DNA of 64,000 nucleotides. It comes from Eledone cirrhosa. Taxonomy: Eukaryota. The DNA lies in the NCBI GenBank assembly GCA_964016885.1, contig OZ024744.1, positions 67,828,001 through 67,892,000 of the forward strand, read 5' to 3'. A program made the translations under genes and the position numbers. The notes beneath the pieces were generated by a model. It was not told the DNA's origin and made no database searches. It saw only the letters and a list, made by a program, of their open reading frames with translations. Shown piece by piece: positions 39,401 to 53,834 of the stretch. Position 1 is the stretch's first letter. Every line of letters starts with the position of its first letter.

Positions 39401-42222
39401 GGTCTTTCTACTTAATAGAAATTAAACTTACACAAGATTTTAAAAGGAATCTACAATATTTTAACGCCTCATACTCAAGTTTCATCAACTGAAATATGAA
39501 GAATGTAGCTATTGGAAGATTTTCAGTTTAGCAGGATTCCAGTAATATAAAAGTAAATCCATCATCATCACCATCATCATCATTTCATTTTACGTCCGCT
39601 TTTTCCCTGCTTGCAAGGGTGGGACGGGAACTGATTTTGGTTTGATTTCTACAGCTGGATGCCCTTCCTAACACCAACCTCATTTACAGTGAGTGCTGGG
39701 TGCTTTTTTGCCGTGGCACCTCCACAACCACTTTGCAGTGGAATGATAGGGAACCCAGTCCTATCATCTCATTTCTACAGCTGAGTAAACTGGAGCAATG
39801 TGAAATAAAGTGTCTTGCTCAAGGAAACACATCACCCGGTCTGAGAATTGAACTCACAACCTTTCGATTGCAAGGCCAATGCTCTAACCACTAAGCCATG
39901 TGCCTCCATACACAGATTAATCCTTGGATGAAGTGGTTCTAATCCCAGATAATGAAGAGGACGATACATCTTATTACCATCAGAATCCATTCATACAAAA
40001 TATGTTACAAAAGCATAATGGTGTATACAAAACCATATAAAACAAGGGGAGAGGCTGTATATTAAGATGTATTGAAATAGGTTTTACACACACACATGCA
40101 CATCCTTTTTGCTAAGGTTCTTCATCATTCAAAATATACTGTCTCCTAGAAAACACTAAACAACTATCAAAATATATTTTGGAGATCAAAAGATGAAAAG
40201 AAATTAACATAATCATGGAGAGCTGTATGTATGCATGGTCCCGTAACTCCCGAGGGAGTTAAAGGGGCCCCATACTGACATACAGCATTTTTAACCCTTT
40301 AGCATTTAAACCGTCTGTATCCAGCCAGAATTCTCTCACCTCTTTCTGTTCAAACCGGCTGTAACTGTCTGCTCATACTGATGTTGAGGTGTTGTTCTCA
40401 AAATAAATAATATCAAAATCTCAAAGATTCCATATTATGTAAGATAATTATGTGAGATAAAGTCTTTACCATAAAAATATAATAGTATATATAGAGTAAT
40501 GTAAATGCTGAAGAGTTAAATAAGTTTCTTTCATAAAATTATGTTGAAAGCTTTTTTTTTTTAGATAAATATAAACACTTTAACCCTTTAGCATTTAAAC
40601 CGGCTGTATCCGGCGAGAATTCTCTCACCTTTTTCAGTTCAAACCAGCAGTAACTGGCCACTCATACTGATGTTAAGACATTGTTCTCAAAATATATAAT
40701 ATCAAAATCTCATAGATTCAATATTATGTGAGATAATTATGTGAGGTAAAGCCTTTACCATGAAAATACAATAGTATATATAAAGTAATGTAAATGCTAA
40801 AGGGTTAGGTCTGTTGGAGCTCATCTTCTCTCCAGGTCTGAATACAGCAGATTTCTTCCAGTAAAGGAAAGAGAGAGTGAGAGAATGGAAGTGAAGAAGA
40901 GATATAGAGGAAGAATCATCCTCAGTACTTCACTGGTACTTTTTAATCAACCTCAAATAAAATGAAAGGCAAGGTTGACTTGACCTCAGCAGGATTTGAA
41001 CTCAGAAAGCAGAGAGCCAGAACAAATACCATAAAAGTATTCTATCTGACACTCTACCAACTCTGCCAATCTGATGTCTTACCAACATTTAAGAAAAGCT
41101 TAAAGTACACTGACCTCTAAATTACAGAGCAACTTCACACCACACCCACTACCACACACACCAATCCCACACTAGCCTATGTCTTCAGATCAACTTCATA
41201 TTTTCCACACAAAAATAACTCCTTAATTTCAAACTACCTGCATTTCATCAAAACAACTTCTCTCTTTCTTCTTCTTCTTCTTCTTCTTCTTCTTCTTCTT
41301 CTTCTTCTTCTTCTTCTTCTCTCTTTCCATCTCTAACTCACATACACACATACACATAAAGACAGATGCACACTGACACACACACTTACAGAGACATACA
41401 CACAGAGACACACAGAGACACACACACACATACACTTAGACACACACTCACATACAGATACACACACAGAAACACACACACACATATAGATACACACACA
41501 CACATGCACATAAATTCACATAGACACACACATATATACACACACAGAGACAATTACACATGCATTCACACACACACATACAGACACAGACACACACATT
41601 CAGAAACACAGATAACATACACGCACACACACACACACACAGACACTTACACAGACACACAAACAGAAACACAGATACATCAGACACACACATTTACATT
41701 TACACACACACACACAGATGCACACTGACATACTCACACAGACACACAGAGACACACAGAGACACACACACACTGACAGACTCTTACACAGGCACACACA
41801 TACAGAAACACAGATGCTAAGACAGACACACACACATTCATACGGACGTGCACACACACACACGCACACAGACACACACATGCATGCACACACACAAGCA
41901 CACAGACACACACACACGCACACAGACACACGCACACGCATACACACACGCACACAGACACACACACACGCATACACACACGCACACAGACACACACACA
42001 CGCACACATACACGCACACGCACACAGACACACGCACACACACACACTCACGCACACACACACGCACATGCATACACACATACGCACACAGACACAGAGA
42101 CACACAGTGAGATGTTTGTTTCTGTAATTTCGTTAAATTATGTTTTAGTTGTAATCTTTAGATGCAGCCTTTCATTAACTTGTGGATGTTTTGTTGTTTT
42201 TTGTTACATTTTTTTTGCTTGT

Positions 42223-42253
<31 letters not shown>

Positions 42254-42555
42254 ATCACCCTCCATCTCCTCCTCTCTCCTCCCCACCCCTCCCTCTCCTC
42301 CTCCTTCCTCACTACTACAAGATACATTAAAGCCCTTAGCTTGTTCTTAAATAATTTTCGATATTTAGATATCCCATTATGGGTTAATTATGAAGACCAG
42401 ATAGAAATTTAAAAAATAATTACATCATTGCTATATTACACATGAATCTATTTCAATTTAATTGTATTTTCTTTCTTCAGATTTCTTTTTTTTTTCTATT
42501 TTTTTTTTTTTTTTTTTGGTTTTTGTTTTACCAAATTTAGCTTTATTACTGGATT

Positions 42556-42679
<124 letters not shown>

Positions 42680-43027
42680 GAACACTGGAAGGTAATATCC
42701 GTAGTGGTAGAGCACTCAGTCCATGGGATGAGTTTGGTAGAAGTGCTAACACAACAGTTAGTTCACCATAGCGAGAACAATTGTTTCATCTTAGCGGTTG
42801 TTCTTCCTGTTACGTATAACCATGACTAGTATGAACTGAGGATCCGCTAAGGTGAAACAGTTGTTCTCGGTATGGTGAACTAACTGTTGTGTTACCACTT
42901 CTATATATATATAACGAAGGAAGTGTGGTAAGGAACCAGATGAACCAAGCGTACCAGAGTACTCAATACTTAGGGTAGTAGAGTGAGTAATAGGAAAATG
43001 TTAAACCCCTAGGGGTTTTAACATTTT

Positions 43028-43067
<40 letters not shown>

Positions 43068-43070
<3 letters not shown>

Positions 43071-43550
43071 TCATCATCATCATCATTTTACGTCCGCTTT
43101 TCCCTGCTTGCAAGGGTGGGACGGGTCCTATTCAACACAGCATCTCTCCACTTGTCACGGTCCTTCGTCATCGCCTCTAAGAGTTTCAGCGATCTGAGGT
43201 CTGCTCTCCCCACCTCTGCCCATGTTTTTCGTGGTCTTCCTCTACTGCATCTTCCTTCTACTGGGATTTCTTGGCACTTCTTTACCCAGCGGTCATCCTC
43301 CATGCGCATCACATGTCCTTACCATCGCAATCTCCTCTTTCACGCACTACAACTTATCCCCCTTATACACAGTTTCTCTCTCAACTCATCTATGCCTGGT
43401 CGTTCACGCACATTGACATTGTACATCCAACGGAACATGCTTGCTTCATTTCTCTCCAGCAGTCGCATATCCTCTGCAGTTGTTGTCCATGTCTCACTAC
43501 CATGCACATCGCGCATCTCACACAGGCATCATATAACCGGCCTTTCATAT
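43068..43550 (-). mobile_element. RTE LINE 3' fragment with (GAT)n tail
   Basis: HGSETW..MMRMEDDRWVKKC..VEGRCSRGRPRKTW..MTKDRDKWR. Confidence 0.85.
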
Positions 43551-43917
43551 ATACACATATATATAATTTGTTGATCGACTTTCGTCATATCGCACCAAGG
43601 AAACAATGTTTCCGTTGGTCTTTCCAATTTCTAATTCTATCTATCATTCGCAACTCCAAGTAGAAGGAACAATGTGAAATAAAGTGTCTTGCTCAAGGAC
43701 ATAATGCATTGACCGGTGCAGGAATTGAATTGACAACCTCACGATTGCGAATCCAGTTCTCTAACCAAACATATATATACATATATATACCTATATATAT
43801 ATACATATGTATATATATATATAACATATATATACATATATAACATATATATATACATATATAACACTAAAGAGCAGGTACCCACTAACCCATGCTAGCG
43901 TGGAAGATGGACGTTAA

Positions 43918-44009
43918 GCATATCTGATGACCTTTTGCTTACAGAGTCAGGTTCGATCTATAATAGATCTTGCTTCAAGCTGTTCGATAGAGAAACATAT
44001 GTAATATGT
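43918..44009 (+). ncRNA. Minimal hammerhead motif with an extended stem II (stem III CATATG)
   Basis: gcatat CTGATGA [about 60 nt with acag/ctgt and gatcta-taa-tagatc pairings] GAAA CATATG TA atatgt. Confidence 0.65.
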
Positions 44010-44230
44010 AATTAAATATGGTATGATGCAACACTGAATCCTTGTTCCTTGAATTGGCAGTATTGGTGGAGGGTCGGACATGCTTTCCAACATTGCTACG
44101 TCCCTTTACGATCTGAGTTCAAATCCCGCCAAGTTTAACTTTCCCTTTCATCCATACGGGGTCGATAAAATAAAGTACCAGCAATGTACTGGGTAATTGC
44201 TGGTCTTGTGTGAAAAGTACAACAATTATA

Positions 44231-44290
<60 letters not shown>

Positions 44291-44444
44291 AAGGCGGGTA
44301 AAATTCCCGAGATCCATGGACGAGTTCTCTCCAGCGGTCTCTGTCCCTCATTATCGCTGCCATCTCCTGCATCTCCAACAGACCAGTGTCTGTCCTTAGG
44401 GCATCAACATATGTTAACCTTGGTCTTCCTCTTCTAGTGTGTCC

Positions 44445-44522
<78 letters not shown>

Positions 44523-45124
44523 TAATATGTATGTGATGAAACACAGATACCAACACATCTGAATATAAATTGCAAAAGAAAAATTTAGCCAGATTGAAGT
44601 ATACTAATTATTATACTACAGTTTGTCCATATCGATTTAAAATAATAAATCAACGGAGACGAACTGTATTGCCAAGAGGCCGTGATGTTTAGACACATTT
44701 AAATTTCAAAATCAAACCTGTTCCGTAGATAAGTTTAGACTTTAAGATCCAAATATGTTTCGAGTTAAATAAGTGTAGGAATATCATGTCCCGCTCTCCT
44801 CAGTAAACATCCAGAGACAAATTGATATGCTTCACTTCTAAATAATTTAAAAGACTGCGTGACGCACATGGCTTTACAGTATCTAACTAGTCTCATAACC
44901 GTACTGCTAGAAATAACAGTCGTATATATGAGGCGGCTTGCAGCTCAAACTAGGAGCAGTTAAAATTAATAAGGTAATGAATTCTTTTACAATGGAATCA
45001 GCTAGAAGGAGGAAAAATATCCCCTGAGCAGTGTATAAATTAATATGTATGTGATGAAACACAGATACCAACACATCTGTCTGTATATATATTGCAAAAG
45101 AGATAGATAGATAGATAGATAGAT

Positions 45125-45162
<38 letters not shown>

Positions 45163-45770
45163 CGAAGGAAATGTGGTAAGGAACCAGGTGGACCATAACG
45201 CACCAAAGTACTCAATACTTGAGGTAGTAGAGTGGGTAATAGGAACCAGTAAGACCCCGACAGCTGAGCTCAAGCCGTTTCGACGGCTAATTCTGGACAT
45301 ATATATATATGGAGGCACATGGCTTAATGGTTAGAGCATTGGCCTTGCAATCGAAAGGTTATGAGTTCAATTCTCAGACCGGGTGATGTGTTGTTTCCTT
45401 GAGCAAGACACTTTATTTCACATTGCTCCAGTTTACTCAGCTCTATAAATGAGATGATAGGGACTGGGGTCCATATCATTCCACTGCAAAGTGGTCGTGG
45501 AGGTGCCACGGCAAAAAAGCACTCAGCACTCACTGTAAATGAGGTTGGTGTTAGGAAGGGCATCCAGCTGTAGAAATCAAGCCAGAATCAGTTCCCGTCC
45601 CACCCTTGCAAGCAGGGAAAAGTGGACGTAAAAATGATGATGATGATTATGAGATATATATATATATATATATTGAGTTAGAAACTCAAAATAATCTCTT
45701 ACAATTAAATAGCTCAAGTAAAGAAATTTTTCCAGGCCGTGTAATGTAATTGAATATAAAAGAGAGATAA

Positions 45771-45846
<76 letters not shown>

Positions 45847-46161
45847 TCAAATCGTAAGAAACAAGATTCGCAAGAGTGAAATTTTTTTCATCCTAGCGAA
45901 TCTGGTCCCTTACGATTTGAACTCATATATGTATATATCTGTGTTTATCCCTCTTTTATGTTCAATTATATATATATATCGTTTTTGAATTTGTTTTGCA
46001 AGATATCTTATCTGTGAACGTATGTTGAAACAGATATTGTTATACTTTGGGAGGGTCATGTTGCTAATAAAACACATGCACCTGACAGTTTTCACTTCAA
46101 TCTATTATAAAAACAAGATGGTGTAGGACAGAATAAATGAGAGACACAAAATAAAAACCTA

Positions 46162-46204
46162 GTCACTGAGGAGGTCACAGAATGTGTGACGAAAGAGCTT
46201 TGAC
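46162..46204 (+). ncRNA. Minimal hammerhead motif
   Basis: gtca CTGAGGA g-gtcaca-gaatg-tgtgac GAAA gagc TT tgac. Confidence 0.6.
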
Positions 46205-46390
46205 AATATATAAACAACTTTCCAGTTATCGAACCAACCAACCAACCAGAAATTTATAATAAATGGAAGTGTAAACTAACATGTGAGTGTGTTTTTACTG
46301 GCAAGATAACCCTCCCAAAGTATATATATATATATACTCGTATATATATATATATATATATATAACTTGTGTGTTACACCTCTATTCTTT

Positions 46391-46431
<41 letters not shown>

Positions 46432-46788
46432 CGACCCCATATTTTTATCTATATGTTTATCGACCCCATAAGGATGACAGGCAAAGTTAACTACGGTGGG
46501 ATTTGAACTCAGATCATAAAGGGCCGAAAACTTTTGGCACAAAGCCAGCAACGACCCGAATGCATTACTGGTACTTTATTTTATTGACTCTGTAAGGATG
46601 ATAGGCAAAGTTAACCTCAATGGGATTTGAACTCAAAACGTTTAGGGCAGTAACTCTATGCTGCAAAGCATGATGTCTGACGCTCTACCGATACGGCAAA
46701 TCCACAAATTATAACTACTGAACCCTTTATCCAGTGAATGTTCAATGTTCTTAAGTTCCCAGGGCAAATATATATATATATATATACA

Positions 46789-46894
46789 CAGGGTGTCCCA
46801 CAAAAATGTATACACATTTTGATTACCTGTACAGACAATATTCATTAGAATGCTGTTGAAGTGTGTATGCATTTTTTATGCTTGGGACACCCTG
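46789..46894. mobile_element. Tc1/mariner-type MITE
   Basis: TIRs CAGGGTGTCCCA..aaaatgtatacaca / tgtgtatgcatttt..TGGGACACCCTG in TA context. Confidence 0.75.
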
Positions 46895-47034
46895 TATATG
46901 TGTGCGCAAGTGGGATGTTGTTATTTGAAATAGATTTGTTTATGATTTTTTTTTTTATTAATAAAATGAATATTTAGAGTCATAATTTGTCCTCAATACT
47001 GTGGACCCAACTCACTAATATACAATAATAAAGA

Positions 47035-47390
47035 TCAAACACAGGCATTAAATGCCCTGCCTCTTGTTTCAAGGGATATGCACCTTCTAGTCAGGATTGG
47101 TATGAGCTCTTGTAATGATTTCCATACACATCTACATCTGACAATAGAAGCTGAAGAACAGCCTCCACCAGCTCCTATCATGTCACCAAAGTAGCAAAAG
47201 CTGTCATTAACATCAACATTGTGAGTGCTAATACCAACACATTCATAGGGCTGAGTATCTAAAGACCTAGCATCACCAAGGCATCTGCTGCTGCTGAAAT
47301 ATTTTGATGAAATATGTCTACCCTTAATTCTGTTACATAATTGTAACACAAAGCCATGTACCTTCACTCGAATGAACAACATACCTGTTA
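47035..47390 (-). mobile_element. Old RTE LINE fragment (same region as 2200-2500)
   Basis: DSFCYFGDMIGAGGGCS..IVRCRCVWKS..ELIPILT..RGRAFNACV. Confidence 0.75.
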
Positions 47391-48810
47391 AAAGTAGTTG
47401 TTGCTATTGATATATGTTTATTTACCTTGTGGCAAATCTTTCAGGACATCTAGATGTTTCTGTGAATATTTTGGCTTCTTCATCTGGTGTTGAAAAAATT
47501 GTTTTTTGTGATGCCTTATTATAAAAAAAAAAAAATTGGCAGCCATAAAAAAAAAAATAGAAATAAAGCAGCCAGAACATGCTAGAAGAATTATTGAATA
47601 TACTCGTATATAAGTTGAGAAATATGTGACCAGAAATTCAGTGGGGTCGCCTTATATTCAAGGTTCAATATTTTGCCAATTTTAACCAACTAAATGCGAT
47701 GGTAAAATATTTTTACTTCGGACCTTTGGAAGTAAATATTATACTGGTTTCACTTTAGACATGAATATTACATTGGTTTCACTTTTGATGTGAAATTTGT
47801 ATTCTTATTATTTTTTATATGTTTTGAATGAATATGACCTTCAAAACGGACAGAATTTGCTAAAAAAATCTTTATGTTGTGAAACAAAAACAATACTCTA
47901 AATGACACTTAAATCATTTTAAATATCAAAACATTAAAACTTCATAAAGATATTCTCTACCTGTGAGAATTTCAAAACTGCACCATCTAAATATAATGTG
48001 TTGATCAGCTGTCTATATTTATATACAGGGTTTGGATTTTTGCTTATTTCTCAGACATAGTATAGGGGTTGACTTATATTAAGATTGACTTATTTTTTAG
48101 CATATATGATAAATGAACATGTTTATATACAACCAGAAAAATAGAAGAAAATATCCTTAAACAGTGAAAATACATTTAAAATACTCTACAAGGAAAGTTG
48201 TTAAGCTATAAAATTATATACATATATATATAACAGTGGTTTAGGTTGTAAATAAACACACATGAACAACACAAACATATATCTTAATTTGTCTAATTGA
48301 GGCAGTTATTGACTGAAAGTGTTACACACACTTATATATATGTGCATATAAATATACATCATGAATGTGCGTGCCTTTGTGGTTAGGGTATTTGGTGTAC
48401 AATCGTAAGGTTGTGAGTTCAATTCCTGGTGGTGCATTGTGTCCTTGAGCAAGACACTTTATTTCACACTGTTCCAGTCCACTCAGCTAGCAAAAATGAG
48501 TTGTACTTGTAATTCGAAGGGCTAACCCTGACACATTCTGTGTCACACTGAATTTCCCTGAGAACTAGATTAAGACTACACGTGTCTGTGTAATGCTCAG
48601 CCACTTGCACATTAATTTCATGAGTAAGCTGTTCTGTTGATCGGATCAACTAGAACACTTGTCATCATAACCAACGAAGTGCCACTCATATATATATCAT
48701 CACAATTTAACGTCTATTTTCCATGCTTGCATGGGTTATATACATATAACCCATTGATAACACTAACTTAGCATGATTCAGAATAAATTAATACATAAAC
48801 CCATATAGAA

Positions 48811-49290
48811 TCTAAACTTTAATAAATTAAGAATCGCGGGACTGCGTACGGTTTATAATTTTTTTATCCCATTAGTAAAATAAGTTGGATTACTTTGAAT
48901 AAATAATTATTGAATATTACATAATTTATCTACTAAATTTCATGGTTGTTCATTAAATATATTTTATTATTTATTTAAAGATTCACTTCTTTAAAATGTT
49001 CAATGTCAACATCCGGTGGCGATCACTTAAATAAACATAATAATTTTCTGTCACTAATTTTCTCCTAATGCAGTTTATATATAATATCGTCTTTTTTTTA
49101 ATGTATCATGGATTACGTTACTGATTACATAAGACAGTGTAACACAGACTCTCTTCAATTTCTGTGGATATTGTCAATTACGATTTTATTTGATGTATCA
49201 TATCTACATGTATGTATACTTGCATATAATATCAATATACACACTACACATGCTAGTAGAAAACCACCCGAAGGGTGGTTTTTCTGCTAG
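48811..49290 (+). mobile_element. Non-autonomous Helitron-like element
   Basis: a|TCTAAAC.. start. 3' hairpin aaaaccaccc-gaa-gggtggtttt followed by CTAG|t. The 5' boundary is less certain. Confidence 0.55.
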
Positions 49291-50981
49291 TATTTATAAT
49301 ATGCATGTATAGTAAACATATATTTAGTCATGTGGTGTATGTTTTAAGCAGTACTCATATCACAGCTATTTCAGTATTTGACTAAGAATAGTGTATACAT
49401 GTATTTAGGCACATTGTACTCCATCAGTACTCAATCACATATACCTAGACATCAAGGTTTGTAAGACAGTAAAGTCTTATAGAATTTATAAAGAAACTAT
49501 TCAAGGAAAAGGTTAATTCCATCATCACCATGACCAACACCAACAACAATGACAATAATAATAAGGATTTCTACTATAGGCACAAGGCCAGTAATTTGAG
49601 GGGAGGGGAAAGTCAATTAAATCGACCCCAATACATTACTGGTGTTTTATCTTATCGACCCCGTAAGGATAAAAGGCAAAGTTAACCTCAGCGGGATTTG
49701 AACTCAGAACGTAAAGGACCATAACTCTATGGCATAAAGCATGTTGTCCGATACTCTACCGATACTGCCAATCCAATAATAATAAGGAGGAGGAAAAGAA
49801 GAATAAGAAGATCAACAACAACAACAATATCAGCAAAACAACAGCAGCAATAACAACAGCAGCAACAACAACAATAATAACAACAACAGCAAAAAACATG
49901 TTACTTGTTTGTTTCATTGTTATTGTGTTGTTGTTGTTTTTCTCTCGATAGTCATGGGTGTTATATTAATTTCAAATGCTCACCATTGAGAAAAGAGGTT
50001 TAAAAGGTGACTTTATAACGTTGTGGTGGTTATTACGTGACCAAGTATCTATTGTAAAACATACCAGTTCACTTCACTTGAGAGAGATGATACAATAGCA
50101 TGAAGTTTTAATGATTTTTTTTCATATTGTTTTTTTTTTCCTTTTTGGGGTTTTTTGGATTTTTGATTTTTCATTTTTCATTTTTCATTCTTCATTTTAT
50201 TTTATTTTATTTTTTTGACATTTAATTTCATTTCATATGATTTTATTGTATTTCTAATTTTTTTAAACTCCTCTCAATTTAAATTCTTAAACTATAAATT
50301 CCTTTCATTTTCAGTTTAACCCTTTAGTATTTACATTACTCTATATATACTATTGTATTTTCGTGGTAATCGCTTTATCTAACATAATTATTTCACATAA
50401 TATTGTATCTATAAGATTTTGATATTATTTATTTTGAGAACAATACCTTAACATCAGTATGAGCGGCTGGTTATGGCTGGTTTGAACAGAAAGAGGTGAG
50501 AGAATTCTGGCCAGATACAGCCAGTTTAAATATTAAAAGCTTAATTTCATTGCTGAAAAAAAAAAATGGATTTCAGTGTTAAGTTCCAACACTTAAAAAA
50601 ATTAATATTTATATGAGCAAGACATTTATATATTTATTTAATATTTATTTGAGCAAGATATTATATAACCTAGCATTGCCCACAACAGGACAACTCGTCT
50701 AACCTATGCTAGCATGGAAGAATGGACGTAAAACGGGGATGATGATATTTCATTATTTAATTGTTTATTAAGGGCGGTGGATTGGCAGTATCGGTAGAGG
50801 GTAGGACGCCATGCTTTCCAGCATAGTTACGTCCCTTTACGATCTGAGTTCAAATCCCACCAAGGTTAACTTTGCCTTTCATCCTTACGGGGTCGATAAA
50901 ATAAAGTACCAGTAATGCACTGGGTATTGCTGGCCGTGTGCCTAAAGTAGAAACAATTATTTAATTGTTTATTTATTTGCT

Positions 50982-52180
50982 TAGGGACTAGAAAGAAAGG
51001 GTGTCAAAGTCAACATAACAAAGACTAAGGTCCTTGTAAGTAGACGAGAAAACAGAACCCAGATCCCCTCAGGGAAATGGCCTTGCTCAGAATGTAGGAA
51101 AGGTGTAGGTAGGAACTCCATTCTCTGCTCCAAATGCAAACAATGGGTACACAAGAGATGTAGCGGCATCTCAGGAAGCTTAATTAAGAATGTAGGCTTC
51201 ACATGCAGCAACTGTGCTGGGACAGCAAGCAGCAAACAGCCACAGGAAACAAATACCACCAATCTCTGGGAGGGCTCTGTAGAAACAGTAGACAGCTTCT
51301 GCTACCTAGGTGACCAAATTAGCAGCGGAGGTGGGTGTTCAGAAAGTACAATAACTAGGGTAAGAACGGGATGGAAGAAGTTCAGGGAACTACTGCCACT
51401 GCAAGCTGCAAAAGGCTTCTCCCTCAAAATGAAAGGCAGACTGTATGATGCGTGTATCCGAACAGCAATGTTACATGGTAGTGAGACCTGGGCGCTGAAG
51501 GTGGAAGACTTACGTAGATTAGAAAGAAACGAAGCCTGCGTACTCCGATGGATGTGTAATAGTAATATACGTAAACGACAAAGCATAAAGGAATTGAGAG
51601 AGAGACTGAGCATAAGAGGAATCAAATGCTGTGTGCAGGAGAGGCGGTTGCGTTGGTATGGACATGTGATGCGTATGAAGGATGACAGCTGCATAAAAAG
51701 GTGCAGAGCACTAGACGTCGATGGAAACCGCGGAGTGGGGAGACCCAAGATGACCTGGGATGAGGTGATAAAAGCCGACCTTACCCAATTACACCTCTCA
51801 AAGGCGATGACACACGACCGTGACCTCTGGTGTCACGCAGTAATACAGAGTACCCGACCTCCCATGGATACAAGCTGAAGCATATAGATAATATGCCCCC
51901 ACACCCTCCCACTGCAAGGTGGTCGTGGAGGTGCCACGGCAAAAAAGCACCCAGCCCACACTGTAAAGTGGACGTGTAGGCACCACGAAAAAGCACCGAG
52001 CACTCACTGTAAATGAGGTTGGTGTTAGGAAGGGCATCCAGCTGTAGAAATCAAGCCAAATCAGTTCCTGTATGAGCAAGGCATGGTCAGCCGACAAGAC
52101 ACTGCCCACAACAGGACAACCCATCTAACCCATGCTAGCATGGAAGAACGGACGTAAAACGGTGATGATGATGATGATGA
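50982..52180 (+). mobile_element. 5'-truncated RTE-clade LINE, near-identical to 1462-2630, opposite orientation
   Basis: Frame GLERKGVKVNITKTKVLVS..KWPCSECRKGVG..MLHGSETW..RRLRWYGHVMRM..RPPMDTS, then the same 3'UTR and (GAT)n tail. Confidence 0.92.
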
Positions 52181-53751
52181 TTTATCATAGTGAAGGTGCA
52201 TGGCCTAGTGGTAAAGGTGTTGTGCTTATGATCATAATGTTGAGGGTTCAATTCCTGGGCTGGGTTGTGTGTTGTGTTCTTGAGTAAAACACTTCATTTC
52301 ATGTTGCTACAGTATATTCAACTGAAAATGGGTACCAACTATAGCTGGGGGTTTAACCCTGCAATGAAACTGGATAAACACTGGCCTAACGAGCCTTCTG
52401 GCTTAAGGCAGACTTTAGACTTAGACTTATTTATCATAACCTAAGAAGTAAGTATTACAGGTGGCAGATAGAGAGCTCTGGTTAAATATTTTGTGATATA
52501 TAATTTTGAACCTTATATTTTTATATTAAAATCTTCTTCGCCCAATTATTCCAGAGAGGATTGTGGGGCAGATTCTTCAAACACTCCTTCCAGCAGGTCC
52601 TATCAGAAGCAACCATCTCCAACTGATCCGGCTAGACCTCCAATCATTTCACCTATAAAATCTGTCCATCAATTCTTTCCTGAGACATTCTAACCACATG
52701 CCCATAGTATCAGAGCTGTGGTCTCTGTGCCACTTGTGACCCATTCTCTAGCAGAACAGCTCTGCTAAGAATGTTAAAATCTTGCTAAGATCAATTTTTC
52801 AAAAAAGTTTTCAAATTAGCATTAACAATATTTAAGCTTTAATGCATGAATATTAAAATGCTAAATAGTATTAATTATGCAGTGAAGAAAAATCAATATT
52901 AGTCACACTCTAATATTTTTTTAAATTCTAAAACTCAAGTCCTGCTTTGGTCATATCATGACCTCATCAATAAAGCACGTAATTTGACCCATTTGCTAAC
53001 ATTTTTTAGAGAATAAATAAATAAAAACAATTGCAAAAACAATTAAAATAATATTAGTCATTAAGTAATATTGAATTTTCCTCCCATCATAATTATTTCA
53101 ACTTTTTTATACACCCCTCAGTCATATCAAGGAAATGACAGCCTCCCTAGTGTTGGTGATTTACACAATAAACACACCCAGTACATTCTGTAAAGTGTTT
53201 GATGATAGGAAGGGCATTCATCCATAGTAATCTTACCAAACAAAGAATTGGGAGGACCCTCAGTTATGTCAAAGACATGACACCCTGTGGTGGAATGTGA
53301 GACCATACATAAATGAGACACAGTTCCCTTGTCTGTTTGGGAGATCATTGGCTCCACTTCAGTACAGATTTACTAGCAGTATATATATTGGAAATATCAG
53401 TAGAGGGTTGGACGCCATGCTTTCTAGAATAGTTACGTCCCTTTACGTTCTGAGTTCAAATCCCGTTGAGGTTAACTTTTGCCTTTCAACCTTACAAGGT
53501 CGATAAAATAAAGTACCAGTAATGTACTGGGTAATTGCTGGCCTTGTGCTAAAAGTAGAAACAATATATATATATATATATATACAATATGTTGAAAAGG
53601 TAACACACTAAAGAGAGTGTGTGTGTGTGCCATCAATAAAACAGGGGAGCCACCAGTGTATGGAATCTATACTCTATGGAAGGCAGGGTAGACACACAAT
53701 AATTAAAAATATAAATTAAAATGTATATACGCACCTCTATAACTATATAAC

Positions 53752-53834
53752 ACACGCGTACAAATCGAAAGAGATCTGTTTCGCCAGGAAGTTGTTGACT
53801 GAAATGGAATAACCTATGGTTCATCAGCGCGTGC
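53752..53834 (-). ncRNA. Type I hammerhead ribozyme motif with a complete stem III
   Basis: gcacgcg CTGATGA acca..tggc GAAA cagatc-tctttc-gatttg TA cgcgtgt. Stem I 7 bp, stem III 6 bp, GUA site. The first stem II pair is an A-C mismatch. Confidence 0.75.

Noticed and set aside
49255-49290. Rho-independent terminator-like hairpin plus T run
   Set aside because: Eukaryotic intron. A hairpin followed by CTAG|T fits a Helitron 3' end better.
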